From: an uncultured Chloroflexia bacterium
GTDB taxonomy: Bacteria; Chloroflexota; Dehalococcoidia; Dehalococcoidales; RBG-16-60-22
Assembly (NCBI GenBank): GCA_963739395.1
Contig: CAVUAE010000001.1
Coordinates: 518,056 to 582,055 of the forward strand
Direction of reading: 5' to 3'
DNA: 64,000 nt
A model generated the notes under the pieces. The model made no database searches, was not told the origin of the DNA, and saw nothing but the letters and a program-made list of their open reading frames with translations. How positions within the stretch are numbered: the stretch's first letter is position 1; the number at the start of each line of letters is the position of its first letter. Below are positions 7,841 to 17,236 of the stretch, piece after piece. The translations under genes were made by a program, and so were the position numbers.

Positions 7841-9240
7841 TTTTTGGGGTGGGGGGTATTACTCTTTTGTCTGGGTTTTCTTTCGTTACGAAAGTCCGGT
7901 GCAATAATAGCGAAGGTAACGCTGATATTGCGGTCAATCAGACGCGAACTAATGGAGCTATCTACCTCTTCTTTAATTTCGTCCAAAGTCAAGCGGGTGG
8001 TGATAACGGTGGGGAGGCGACTGTTATAACGGTAATTGATAAGCTGGTAGAGTTTCTCCTTCACCCATGGATTAGTGCTTTGCTCGCCGAAGTCATCTAA
8101 CACAAGAAGTGGCGCAGTTTTCACACTTTCGAAAAGCTGGTCGTAAGATATTTTACTCTCCGGATTAAAAGCAGACCGAAGGTGGTCGAGGAAATCAGGA
8201 ACGACGACGAAAAGAGCCGGCTTTCCCATTTCATAACGGTAGTTGACGATAGCGGAGGCGAGATGCGTTTTGCCGCAGCCGGTTTCGCCCAGAAAAACCA
8301 GCCAGCCCTCCGGATTTTTCGCGAAATCAAAAGCGAGACGATAGGCAGCGTCCATGTTATCCTGCTGCTCCATCGATAAATCGGTGCGGCGCTTATAGTT
8401 GATGAAGGTCATGTTTTTCTGCAATTCGAATTCCGGCGGCCAGGCATAGATAGAGGCAGCCGATTCTTCTTCAAGGACAAAAACACGAGATAAACGGGCA
8501 TCAGTGAGGCGCGTGCGCAAACGGTCGTCCAGCTCGTCGATAGGTATGGCAGTAACGATAACTGTAGGCAGGCTGGCGTTAAAGCGTGAGGTAAGCAGTT
8601 GGTCTAGTTTTTCTTTAGCCCAGGGAGTGCCGGACTGCACGCCGAGGTCATCTAAAGCGAGCAACGGAGCACTCTTGACCTGTTCAAAGAACTCACTATA
8701 AGACGTTTCACTTTCAGGATTAATCGATGTACGCAGGCGGTCGAGCAGGTCGGGTGTGGTGCTATAGAGAGCGGGCTGAACCTTATCGATTCGCTCATTA
8801 ACGATAGCGGCTGCCATGTGGGTTTTACCGCTGCCGCTGGGTCCGTTGATAACCAGCCACCCTTCTGGATTATCGGCGAAGGCATGGGCAGCTTGATAAG
8901 CCTGACTAAAACGCTCCTGGGTTTGCGGGTTGCTGCTCCTGCCTTCCGGAATGAGATTATCGAAGGTGAAACGAGTCAGCGAACCGATGTTTGAATATTG
9001 CTTTAGTCGGGATAATCGTTCTTTATCTTGTTTGGATTGAACGCATTTACAGGGAACGGTATGACTATAGTCCGGTTGACCCGAAGGCAAACGGGGATGC
9101 ACCTTACGCGCGCCTTTACATATAGGACAAACTGCATTCTGCGTCGGCGACTCGTCAGCGTCGGACCATGTGTCCGTATTTTCCTTTGAAGTATTTGTCT
9201 GGCCCTGTCGCTTTAGTATCTCTTTGATATGTTCCATCAC
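7825..9240 (-). CDS. helicase-loader-like protein with an N-terminal Cys4 zinc finger and two tandem DnaC/DnaI/IstB-type AAA+ modules
   Basis: 471 aa. The zinc finger is CPICKG...CKC. Module 1 has Walker A GPSGSGKT and Walker B LLALDDLG; module 2 has GETGCGKT and LLVLDDFG. The two modules align with 66/110 identical residues in my hand alignment. The gene lies downstream of dnaB and a DnaD-domain gene. Confidence 0.8.
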   Translation of the reverse strand: MMEHIKEILKRQGQTNTSKENTDTWSDADESPTQNAVCPICKGARKVHPRLPSGQPDYSHTVPCKCVQSKQDKERLSRLKQYSNIGSLTRFTFDNLIPEGRSSNPQTQERFSQAYQAAHAFADNPEGWLVINGPSGSGKTHMAAAIVNERIDKVQPALYSTTPDLLDRLRTSINPESETSYSEFFEQVKSAPLLALDDLGVQSGTPWAKEKLDQLLTSRFNASLPTVIVTAIPIDELDDRLRTRLTDARLSRVFVLEEESAASIYAWPPEFELQKNMTFINYKRRTDLSMEQQDNMDAAYRLAFDFAKNPEGWLVFLGETGCGKTHLASAIVNYRYEMGKPALFVVVPDFLDHLRSAFNPESKISYDQLFESVKTAPLLVLDDFGEQSTNPWVKEKLYQLINYRYNSRLPTVITTRLTLDEIKEEVDSSISSRLIDRNISVTFAIIAPDFRNERKPRQKSNTPHPKNPRGR

Positions 9241-9862
9241 TGCGACCTTCTACCGACCAATTTTCCAGTATTTTAGCGATATATCTAATGCTTCTCTTGT
9301 TATGCAAAACCGCCTCTTTAATAGCGTCCCTTATCCATTTTTCCGGATACATGTTCTCCATATCACGGAGTTCATCGGCAATCATCGGGGTCAACATGCC
9401 GATGTTTTGTTCATAAAGCGTAAAGATATCCGGCAGCGGTTCCGTTATAACAGGTTCAGGCATACCGGTTTTTAACCCCGCCAGCTTAAATTCGCCGCTC
9501 TTAATTTTTTCTACTGCCTGTCGACTGGCTTGGTCATTTAGAAAATAGATATCTTCAGATGTGTCTTCTTTCTCTACCGATATGTTTAATAAAGCGCCGT
9601 GGTCTACCGCCATTTTTAAAGCGTCATGCAGTTTATCCTTTGAGCTATTAAGACTCTGCATTAAAGCGGCATTTTCCAGCAGCTCATTGTAAGCGACAAA
9701 ACGCGGGTAGCCTTTTTTAGGGTAAAGCATCGCTATAATATACAAAATCGTTTTTAGTTCAGCGATGTCCGTTATCTGCGGCAACAAACCGCTGAAAAAG
9801 ACATTCGGTATAGCGGTATAAACTACTTTACTGCCGGATGGAAAACCTTCAAACTGCGTCAT
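9155..9862 (-). CDS. DnaD-domain replication initiation/primosome protein
   Basis: 235 aa with a C-terminal DnaD/DnaB_2-like region (YEQNIGMLTPMIADELRDMENMYPEKWIRDAIKEAVLHNKRSIRYIAKILENW). It overlaps dnaB by 4 nt and overlaps the annotated loader start by 86 nt. Confidence 0.75.
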   Translation of the reverse strand: MTQFEGFPSGSKVVYTAIPNVFFSGLLPQITDIAELKTILYIIAMLYPKKGYPRFVAYNELLENAALMQSLNSSKDKLHDALKMAVDHGALLNISVEKEDTSEDIYFLNDQASRQAVEKIKSGEFKLAGLKTGMPEPVITEPLPDIFTLYEQNIGMLTPMIADELRDMENMYPEKWIRDAIKEAVLHNKRSIRYIAKILENWSVEGRSDGTYQRDTKATGPDKYFKGKYGHMVRR

Positions 9863-11241
9863 AGCAAAGTCGGCTCCACGCTGCCCAGAGTTTCAAATTT
9901 AGCCAGAGTATGGCGGAAACGAAGCTTAATACGACCGGTCGGTCCATTGCGGTGCTTAGCGATAATGACATCAGCCTCCTCGCGGGGATATTCGCGGTCG
10001 GGATGAGCAGCAATCCACTCTTCTTCGCTCTTGTAATAATACTCATCACGATAAATAAAGAGGACGACGTCGGCATCCTGCTCGATACTGCCACTTTCAC
10101 GGAGGTCGGAGAGCTGGGGCTCGTGAGAAGCGCGCCACTCGACGGCACGGCTTAATTGAGATACTGCCAAAACAGGAGCGTTAATTTCTCGCGCTAGAGC
10201 TTTAAGCGACCGGGAGATGAAGCTGATTTCCTGTACGCGGTTTTCGCCCCTGCCGCTGCTTTCACCCTGCATCATCTGGAGATAATCAAGAATGACCAAA
10301 TCGATACCCCGCTCATAATTAAGACGGAGGGTTTTGGAGCGTAACTCCGCCATGCGAATCATTGGGGTATCGTCTATATATATGGGAGATTCTGAAAGGA
10401 CGCCAGTAGCCTCCATGACCTTCCTCTCTTCTTCCTCGGTTTTATGCTCGCCGAAGCGGATACGCCGTGCGTTAATGCCGGACTCACTGGAGACTAAACG
10501 CGTTACTAGAGAGTCGCGACTCATCTCCAGGCTAAAGAGGGCAACCGTGGCACGGTGTTCAACAGCAGCGTTACGGGCGATATTCAATGCCAAGCTGGTT
10601 TTGCCCATGCTGGGGCGTCCGGCAACGATAATAAGGTCGGAACGCTGGAATCCATTAAGAAACTCATCCAATCCGACAAACCCGGAAGGAACATACGGTA
10701 AACGCTCGGGACGTTCCGTAGAGGTAGCTGGGGCGACTTCAAAGTATTTATCCAGCACTTCACGGATATGGGTAAGGTCATTACTACCGCCGCCGCGGCG
10801 CAAGCGGAACAAAATGCCTTCGGCCTTAGCCAATTCTCCCTCAACATCGGGCCCAGCCTCATAACCAATGGCAGAGATATGGTCGCCGGCCATTATCAAC
10901 TGACGCATTACAGAAAGCCGATAGACTATGCGGGCATAATGCTCAATATCCAATGATGTTGGACAGACCGATATCAGGTAACTTAAGCGCGCGGGACCAC
11001 CGATAGTGTCCAGCTTGCCCAGACGTGAAAGCTCCTGCGCTAACGTGACCTGGTTGATAGCCTCATCACGCTGATAAAGCGTCATAGCGGCTGCAAAAAG
11101 CAGTCGGTTATTCTCGAAGTAGAAATCCGATGGCTGCAGGAAATCGGCGATCTGGAAAATAGACGTGCCGTCAATCAGCAACGAACCGATGACCGCTTCT
11201 TCAGCATCATTATCGTTGGGTGGGAGTTTAACATCGTTCAC
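9859..11241 (-). CDS. dnaB: replicative DNA helicase DnaB
   Basis: 460 aa. N-terminus PPNDNDAEEAVIGSLLIDG, Walker A GRPSMGKTSLALN, and the SQLSR motif. Confidence 0.95.
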   Translation of the reverse strand: MNDVKLPPNDNDAEEAVIGSLLIDGTSIFQIADFLQPSDFYFENNRLLFAAAMTLYQRDEAINQVTLAQELSRLGKLDTIGGPARLSYLISVCPTSLDIEHYARIVYRLSVMRQLIMAGDHISAIGYEAGPDVEGELAKAEGILFRLRRGGGSNDLTHIREVLDKYFEVAPATSTERPERLPYVPSGFVGLDEFLNGFQRSDLIIVAGRPSMGKTSLALNIARNAAVEHRATVALFSLEMSRDSLVTRLVSSESGINARRIRFGEHKTEEEERKVMEATGVLSESPIYIDDTPMIRMAELRSKTLRLNYERGIDLVILDYLQMMQGESSGRGENRVQEISFISRSLKALAREINAPVLAVSQLSRAVEWRASHEPQLSDLRESGSIEQDADVVLFIYRDEYYYKSEEEWIAAHPDREYPREEADVIIAKHRNGPTGRIKLRFRHTLAKFETLGSVEPTLL

Positions 11242-11247
11242 GCGATA

Positions 11248-11973
11248 TTACTCCTTCTTTTCAGCCTTTTTCTTAGCTTTAGGTTTCTCTTCCTTTTTCT
11301 CTTTTTTGGCGGGCTTTTCTGCCGCTGCTGGTTTTTCTTCTTTTTTCGTTTCCGGTTCTTTTTCGGCTTTTTCCGCCTTGGCTTTCTTTTCTTTAACTGG
11401 TTTGTCCTCTTTTGAGGGCTTCCCTGCTTTTTCTACGGCAGGTTTTTCTTTCTTAGCCTTCTTTTCTTTCTTTTCTTCCTTTGGTTTTTCGGCTTTTTCT
11501 GCCTTAACAGGAACTGCCGCGCCCTCGGTTTCGGACATGACAGTGACGTTAACGGTAGCAGTAATTTCATGAGTGAACCTTACGGTCACGTCATAAACAC
11601 CAACCTGCCGAATCGGCTCGGTGAGTTCAATTTTCTTTTTATCGATATTAAGAGAAGTAGTTTTAGATAACTCATCAGCGATATCGGCGCCGGTGATCGA
11701 ACCATAAAGTCTATCTTTCTCGCCGACTTTGGCTTTAAGGGTAATCGCCACACCTTGAATCTTCTTTGCCACCTCTGCCATTTCAGCTTCTATAATGGCA
11801 CGCTGCTTGAGGACTTTTTTAAGATGAGCATCGATAGTAACAGAAGCTTGCGAATTTGCCAGGACAGCCAGCTTACGCGGGAACAAAAAGTTGCGGGCAT
11901 AACCATCGGCGACTTCTTTGGACTGCCCGGCTCGGGCGACTTTGGGGACATCTTCGATAAAAATAACCTTCAC
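11248..11973 (-). CDS. rplI: 50S ribosomal protein L9 with a ~90-aa Lys/Glu/Ala/Pro-rich C-terminal extension
   Basis: MKVIFIEDVPKVARAGQSKEVADGYARNFLFPRKLA is the canonical L9 N-terminus. The protein is 241 aa, whereas typical L9 is roughly 150 aa. The tail is KAEKAEKPKEEKKEKKAKKEK...KKKAEKKE. GTG start. Confidence 0.9.
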   Translation of the reverse strand: MKVIFIEDVPKVARAGQSKEVADGYARNFLFPRKLAVLANSQASVTIDAHLKKVLKQRAIIEAEMAEVAKKIQGVAITLKAKVGEKDRLYGSITGADIADELSKTTSLNIDKKKIELTEPIRQVGVYDVTVRFTHEITATVNVTVMSETEGAAVPVKAEKAEKPKEEKKEKKAKKEKPAVEKAGKPSKEDKPVKEKKAKAEKAEKEPETKKEEKPAAAEKPAKKEKKEEKPKAKKKAEKKE

Positions 11974-12073
11974 GATTTTCTCCTTTTTTGGGTGACAAAT
12001 AATTAAACACCTTATCGGTGTGACGCGTCAATATCTTGTTACATTCAACCACGAAAAAATTGAAAAAAATTTT

Positions 12074-13000
12074 TTATCCGCTAAGATATTTACCAACATT
12101 TACAGCCGCCACCGCACCATCGCCGGCGGCGCCAATAACCTGCCGGATAGAACCGCTGCGAATATCACCAGCCGCAAAAATACCGGGTACATTAGTTTCT
12201 AATTTATCATTGGTAATGATAGCACCAACGGCGTCCAGATTAACAAGACCTTTAAGATAACCGGTGGCAGGCTGCGACCCGACGGAGACAAATACACCGG
12301 AGACATCAAGCTCGGTTTCTTTATTTGTTTTAACATTCTGGAGTCTTATTTTTTGAACGAACTTATCTCCCAATATCGCCAGAACAATCGTCTCCCAAAG
12401 AATCTGAATCCTTTTATCAGCCATCAATTTTTCCTGCACAATTTTTGTAGCACGCAATTCATTACGGCGGTGAATCAGTGTTATTTTGGAGGCAAATTTA
12501 GTAAGCTCCAGAGCTTCGGTTACCGCGGCATTACCGCCACCGACAACAGCCACGGTTTTATCGCGGAAGAAAGCGCCGTCGCAAGTGGCGCAGTAAGAAA
12601 CGCCTTTACCGGTGAATTCCGTCTCGCCGGGAACGCCAAGCTTTTGTCGCTCTGAACCTCCGGCAATAATAACCGCTTTAGTGGGGAAATCACCCTGTGG
12701 AGTTTTAACTATCTTTTGTTTACCGTTTAACTCAATACTAATAACCTCATCATAAAGCGTCTCTACCCCGAATTTCGTTGCTTGCTGGTGCATCGACTGC
12801 GTTAAGTCAACGCCGGCGACGCCTTCAGCATAACCAGGATAATTTTCTACCCTACCGGCATTAATAATCTGGCCACCGATAGCCGCTTTTTCAATGAGGA
12901 GAGTGGCTAAACGGGCACGGGCGGTATAAATCCCGGCGCTTAAACCCGCTGGACCTCCGCCGATGATAATGACGTCGTATTTTTTGATTGATTCAGCCAT
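12074..13000 (-). CDS. trxB: thioredoxin-disulfide reductase
   Basis: 308 aa with the FAD motif GGGPAGLSAGIY, the redox-active CATCDG, and the NADPH motif GGGNAA. Confidence 0.93.
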   Translation of the reverse strand: MAESIKKYDVIIIGGGPAGLSAGIYTARARLATLLIEKAAIGGQIINAGRVENYPGYAEGVAGVDLTQSMHQQATKFGVETLYDEVISIELNGKQKIVKTPQGDFPTKAVIIAGGSERQKLGVPGETEFTGKGVSYCATCDGAFFRDKTVAVVGGGNAAVTEALELTKFASKITLIHRRNELRATKIVQEKLMADKRIQILWETIVLAILGDKFVQKIRLQNVKTNKETELDVSGVFVSVGSQPATGYLKGLVNLDAVGAIITNDKLETNVPGIFAAGDIRSGSIRQVIGAAGDGAVAAVNVGKYLSG

Positions 13001-13007
13001 CTTTATT

Positions 13008-13337
13008 TTAACCTGCTAATACTGTATCAATATTTTTCTTAAGTTCCGGCTTGGGTCGGAAGCCGACCACTTTAGAAACCGGCTGTCCGTCTTTAAAGAC
13101 TATCAACGTGGGTATACTCATCACGCCGAACTTACTGGCGATTTTAGGGCTGTCATCGACGTTAAGCTTAAAGAAGGATACTTTACCTTCATATTCATTA
13201 GCTAACTCATCGACAATTGGCGCCACCATGCGGCAGGGCCCGCACCAGGGCGCCCAAAAATCCACTAGCGCCGGCGTTTTTGCTTTTAATACTACTTCAT
13301 CAAATTTCGCTTCGTTCACTTCCACTGGTTTGCTCAT
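13008..13337 (-). CDS. trxA: thioredoxin
   Basis: 109 aa with the WCGPC active site. Confidence 0.95.
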   Translation of the reverse strand: MSKPVEVNEAKFDEVVLKAKTPALVDFWAPWCGPCRMVAPIVDELANEYEGKVSFFKLNVDDSPKIASKFGVMSIPTLIVFKDGQPVSKVVGFRPKPELKKNIDTVLAG

Positions 13338-14337
13338 GCTTCTCCTCTTTTACTTTTTCTATAATACCGCGCTCTATAGTCTCTTTAGCCAAACCGATAG
13401 CATTTTTAATAGCCCTGGCTTTACTGCGTCCGTGAGCGATAATGACCACACCATTAACCCCCAGGAGGCAAGCGCCGCCATATTCACTAAAATCCAGCTT
13501 CTTCGTCCAGGCGCCCAGGCCAATATCCTTAAGGAGCTCGCGCGTCCTTAATCGCGAAACGCTGGACAAGACATGACCGAGCTCTTGTATCGAGGCTAAA
13601 AAATTATCGTTGAATCCTTCGATGGTCTTAAGGACGATATTGCCGGTAAAGCCATCCGTCACAATAACATCGGCGGTTTTAAGCGAAATATCATGTCCCT
13701 CGATATTGCCGATAAAGCTGATATCTTTAGCTTCCTTAAGAAGCTGAAAAGTGTCCTGCGCCAAACGGTTCCCTTTGCCTTCTTCGCCGCCATTACTTAA
13801 AAGACCAACCCGTGGGAAAGGAATATTAAGAATATATTTGCTATAAAGACTGCCCAGGCGAGCGAACTCCAGCAGGTGTTCGGGACGGCAATCGGCATTA
13901 GCGCCGGCATCGATGAGTAAGCTAGGCCGGGATGTTAAGGCATCAATAAAGCAGCCGATAGCCGGTCGACTGACGCCATTGGCTTTGCCCAGGGTGAGTA
14001 GTGATTTAGCGACGACCGCGCCGGTATTGCCGGCGGAAACAAAAGCCGAGGCATGACCGTTTTTTACCAGATTGATACCCACGACGATTGATGAATTCGG
14101 CTTATTTTGTAAAGCTCTAACAGGATGTTCATCAAAGTCGATGAGTTCTGTAGCATCGACGATGCTGATGCTGGTTTTTACCGGAGATTTTTCCAGCAGT
14201 TTGCGGAGTACGTTCTTTCTGCCGACCAAAATGACTTCAACACTATATTCTTGAACGGCTTTAATAGCTCCTTTAACCATTTCATGCGGAGCGTAGTCAC
14301 CGCCGGCGGCGTCAAGTGCAATTTTCGGGTATCTCAA
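13300..14337 (-). CDS. plsX: phosphate acyltransferase PlsX
   Basis: 345 aa. It shows the typical PlsX IALDAAGGDYAP and FVSAGNTGA motifs. Its 3' end overlaps the trxA start by 38 nt. Confidence 0.9.
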   Translation of the reverse strand: MRYPKIALDAAGGDYAPHEMVKGAIKAVQEYSVEVILVGRKNVLRKLLEKSPVKTSISIVDATELIDFDEHPVRALQNKPNSSIVVGINLVKNGHASAFVSAGNTGAVVAKSLLTLGKANGVSRPAIGCFIDALTSRPSLLIDAGANADCRPEHLLEFARLGSLYSKYILNIPFPRVGLLSNGGEEGKGNRLAQDTFQLLKEAKDISFIGNIEGHDISLKTADVIVTDGFTGNIVLKTIEGFNDNFLASIQELGHVLSSVSRLRTRELLKDIGLGAWTKKLDFSEYGGACLLGVNGVVIIAHGRSKARAIKNAIGLAKETIERGIIEKVKEEKHEQTSGSERSEI

Positions 14338-15314
14338 TTTTTGCCCCTTTTACCAGAGATAGCAGTCTCCCATATATCGCACTGGCCTCCCCAGGCGGCT
14401 ATGACGTTTCCTTTTTCAGAAATTTTGACGATTTCACAAGAAGTTGGACAAGATTTACACTCAAAGGAAGAGGTATCATATTCAGCTTCGCTGATATCAA
14501 AGCCGTGAAAGCGGCAGGCTTCCTCCGTTTTCTTCGATGCTTCATGAGCGAGTAAAGCCGCTCCAATAGCGCCCATAACTTCATGGTGGGGAGGAACAAT
14601 TATCTCCGTCTTAAGCTCCTCCCGCAGCGCCCGGATAATCCCCTGGTTAAAAGCTACCCCACCCTGAAAGACAATGGGTGGTTTTATATCTTTGCCCGAG
14701 CCAACATCGCTCAAGTAGTTATGTACTAAAGTACAGCATAATCCGTAAATAATGTCGTCGACTTTATGCCCCATCTGCTGTTTATGGACCATATCGGACT
14801 CGGCGAAAACAGTACAGCGACCGGTGATATGAACCGTATCTTTCCCCGCTAAAGCCCGACGGGAAAATTCCTCGATACTCATGCGTAATCGTCCTGCCTG
14901 GTGGTCGAGGAAGCTGCCGGTGCCAGCGGCGCAAACGGTGTTCATGGCGAAGTCCGCCACCATGCCGTCTCGAATGAGAATCAGCTTACTATCCTGTCCG
15001 CCGATTTCAATGATAGTGCGAACACCAGGGTAATAATGAACTGCCCCCATAGCCTGGCAGGTAATCTCGTTTTTGATAAGGTCGGCGCCGACGATAGCTC
15101 CGGCAAGATAACGGGCGCTACCAGTGGCAGCCACCCCTTTAATAGTTACATTCGCTGGTAATTGCTTCTTTATTTGTCCAAGTCCCTGTTGGATAACCAC
15201 TACCGGTCTGCCTTCGGTAGGTAAATACAAAGAGGTGATAAGTTTGTCTGCTGAATCTAATATAGCGAATTTGACGGTGACCGAACCAACATCAATACCG
15301 AGATATGCTTCCAT
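14334..15314 (-). CDS. BadF/BadG/BcrA/BcrD-family ATPase (acyl-CoA dehydratase activase-like), with no partner dehydratase nearby
   Basis: 326 aa with an ASKHA fold start (LGIDVGSVTVKFAIL), GGQDSK and CAAGTGSF motifs, and a C-terminal Cys cluster CKSCPTSC...GGQC. Its stop overlaps the plsX start (ATGA). Confidence 0.75.
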   Translation of the reverse strand: MEAYLGIDVGSVTVKFAILDSADKLITSLYLPTEGRPVVVIQQGLGQIKKQLPANVTIKGVAATGSARYLAGAIVGADLIKNEITCQAMGAVHYYPGVRTIIEIGGQDSKLILIRDGMVADFAMNTVCAAGTGSFLDHQAGRLRMSIEEFSRRALAGKDTVHITGRCTVFAESDMVHKQQMGHKVDDIIYGLCCTLVHNYLSDVGSGKDIKPPIVFQGGVAFNQGIIRALREELKTEIIVPPHHEVMGAIGAALLAHEASKKTEEACRFHGFDISEAEYDTSSFECKSCPTSCEIVKISEKGNVIAAWGGQCDIWETAISGKRGKN

Positions 15315-15349
15315 ACTAATCTAATGTTAATCTTTTTTCAGCTAAAAAA

Positions 15350-16555
15350 CTACTTTTTATCCTTACTCTTCTCAAATTCTTTACGAACAGCAGTGAGTGT
15401 TTTTGGATTCGCTAAAAGGTCGGCGGCGGTCATCGCCATTGCCTTAGCGGCATCGAGAATTATATCTAATGCCTCTTTAGTCGCCGCAACTTTTACGAAT
15501 TCGACAGTATGAATTTGAACATTTTTTGACGCCACACTAATCATCGGATGGATAGTCGGTACCAGCCAGCTGACATTGCCGACATCGGAGCTGCCTCCCC
15601 ATCTATCCGTCTCGCCAAGGGGTATAGAGTGTCCAAGCGACTCCATATTTCCCTGGAAAAGTTTAGCTAAAGCCATATTGTTCAACATAGGTGCATAGCG
15701 TTCATTTTCCCAGCGATATTTAAGCTTAGCGCCAGTGGCAGATGCCGCACCTTCAAAACACTTGATGACCTTTTCTTTCAGTACGTCCAGATACGCATCG
15801 TCTGGGGCGCGGACGCCAAACTTGGCGGCGGTATGGGCGGGGACAATATTAGCCGCTTCACCGCCATCGGTGATGATGCCGTGAATACGAGCTTTTTCTC
15901 TGATATGCTGTCGTAGAGCGTTTATGGCGTTAAATGATAGAATCATGGCTTCCAGAGCATTGATGCCTGAGGCAGGGTTGGCAGCAGCATGAGCAGCTTT
16001 ACCGAAGAATTCAACTTCTAAACCCTGACAGGCTAAAGCATTCAAGATTACGCGATTCCCGCCACCAGGATGTACTATCATGACGGCGTCAATTCCATCG
16101 AAAACATTCTTTTTCGCCATAATAGCCTTGCCGGCATCGCCTTCTTCGCCTGGCGTGCCGAAAACAACGATGCTGCCGCCGCATTTATCCACGGCGAGTT
16201 TCGCGGCAATTCCTGCTGCGATAGAACTCGTAGCGATGAGGTTATGACCGCAGCCGTGCCCGATTTTAGGTAGAGCATCATATTCGGCAAGGAAGGCTAT
16301 CTTTGGTTTGCCTTTACCGTAAATACCGCGGAAGGCTGTCGGCATATCAGCAATGCCTTTAATCACCGTAAAACTATTAGCTTTTAAAAACTCGGCTAGC
16401 CAGGTACAAGCCCGACGTTCTTGCATCGATGTTTCCGGGTTATCGTGGATTTTATGGCTCAATTCAGCCAGTTTTGGCGTAAGTGAGTCTATTTCTTTAG
16501 CTATAGCTGTCTTTAACTTAGTAACGTCCAAGATACATCTCCCGAATACGCTCAA
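15350..16555 (-). CDS. M20-family metallohydrolase (amidohydrolase / AbgB-like)
   Basis: 401 aa with AEYDALPKIGHGCGHNL and GTPGEEG metal-ligand motifs typical of M20 amidohydrolases. Confidence 0.75.
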   Translation of the reverse strand: MSVFGRCILDVTKLKTAIAKEIDSLTPKLAELSHKIHDNPETSMQERRACTWLAEFLKANSFTVIKGIADMPTAFRGIYGKGKPKIAFLAEYDALPKIGHGCGHNLIATSSIAAGIAAKLAVDKCGGSIVVFGTPGEEGDAGKAIMAKKNVFDGIDAVMIVHPGGGNRVILNALACQGLEVEFFGKAAHAAANPASGINALEAMILSFNAINALRQHIREKARIHGIITDGGEAANIVPAHTAAKFGVRAPDDAYLDVLKEKVIKCFEGAASATGAKLKYRWENERYAPMLNNMALAKLFQGNMESLGHSIPLGETDRWGGSSDVGNVSWLVPTIHPMISVASKNVQIHTVEFVKVAATKEALDIILDAAKAMAMTAADLLANPKTLTAVRKEFEKSKDKK

Positions 16556-16562
16556 AGATTCA

Positions 16563-17057
16563 TTACTTGGGGTGAATAACTTTGTCGTAGTTAATCATAG
16601 CACTTTTACTAAAACCGACTTTAGTAAAATATCGGATATTTTTAGTGTCACTCTGCGGAACGACAACACGAACAGTGCCGACGCCTTTAGTCTTAGCATA
16701 TTTCTCCAGAGCATCAATCAACATCGTGCCAATGCCATGTTTCTGGTAATCCGGATTTACGGCGATAAGAAAAACAACGCCGGTATCTATCGGCGGGAAA
16801 CCCGCGTATTCCAACTTCGCTAAGATAAAGCCTATTAAAATACCTTCATACTCGGCGATAAAGCTTAAATCAAGAGAGCTTTTAATCTGGGACGCCATTA
16901 CCTCTTTTTCTGGTATCTTAGCCCACCAGATGCCCAGTGTAGAGGTAATGTCACTGGAAGTCAGGCGACGTATTTTTACCGCGTTCTTATCGATAGTCTT
17001 CATCCAAAGACTCACCCACTCCACTTTTAATCGTGAATCAAGATTAACCAGGCACAT
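16563..17057 (-). CDS. GNAT-family N-acetyltransferase
   Basis: 164-aa ORF with the acetyl-CoA motif VNPDYQKHGIGTMLIDALEKYAK. The likely true start is the internal ATG at 17003 (MKTIDKN...). Confidence 0.75.
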   Translation of the reverse strand: MCLVNLDSRLKVEWVSLWMKTIDKNAVKIRRLTSSDITSTLGIWWAKIPEKEVMASQIKSSLDLSFIAEYEGILIGFILAKLEYAGFPPIDTGVVFLIAVNPDYQKHGIGTMLIDALEKYAKTKGVGTVRVVVPQSDTKNIRYFTKVGFSKSAMINYDKVIHPK

Positions 17058-17149
17058 CTCCTATTATAACCCAGTAAACAAGGGATTTCTAGGAAAAATG
17101 CTACTTAAAATACGTATTTTTTAGTTGTAACAAATATTTTAGAATTGTA

Positions 17150-17178
17150 TTGCATCCTGATATTAAGCGTGTTATAAT
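17150..17178 (+). promoter_or_regulatory. sigma70-type promoter of the nusA operon
   Basis: TTGCAT (17150-17155), an exact 17-nt spacer, then TATAAT (17173-17178), about 100 nt upstream of the nusA ATG. Confidence 0.65.
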
Positions 17179-17211
17179 AAAGCTGCCTGGGGAATTAGAA
17201 TAGTTTTTTGG

Positions 17212-17236
17212 AAGTGGGTTAAATCCCACTTTTTTA
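17212..17236 (+). terminator. intrinsic-terminator-like hairpin plus T-run inside the nusA 5' leader (candidate attenuator)
   Basis: AAGTGGG-ttaaat-CCCACTT followed by TTTTT. It lies between the predicted promoter and the nusA SD (GGAGG at ~17261). Confidence 0.55.

Noticed and set aside
11165-11572. 135-aa Phe/Ser-rich plus-strand ORF.
   Set aside because: It is the antisense reading of the Lys/Glu-rich codon repeats in the L9 tail, so it is an artefact of repeat composition.
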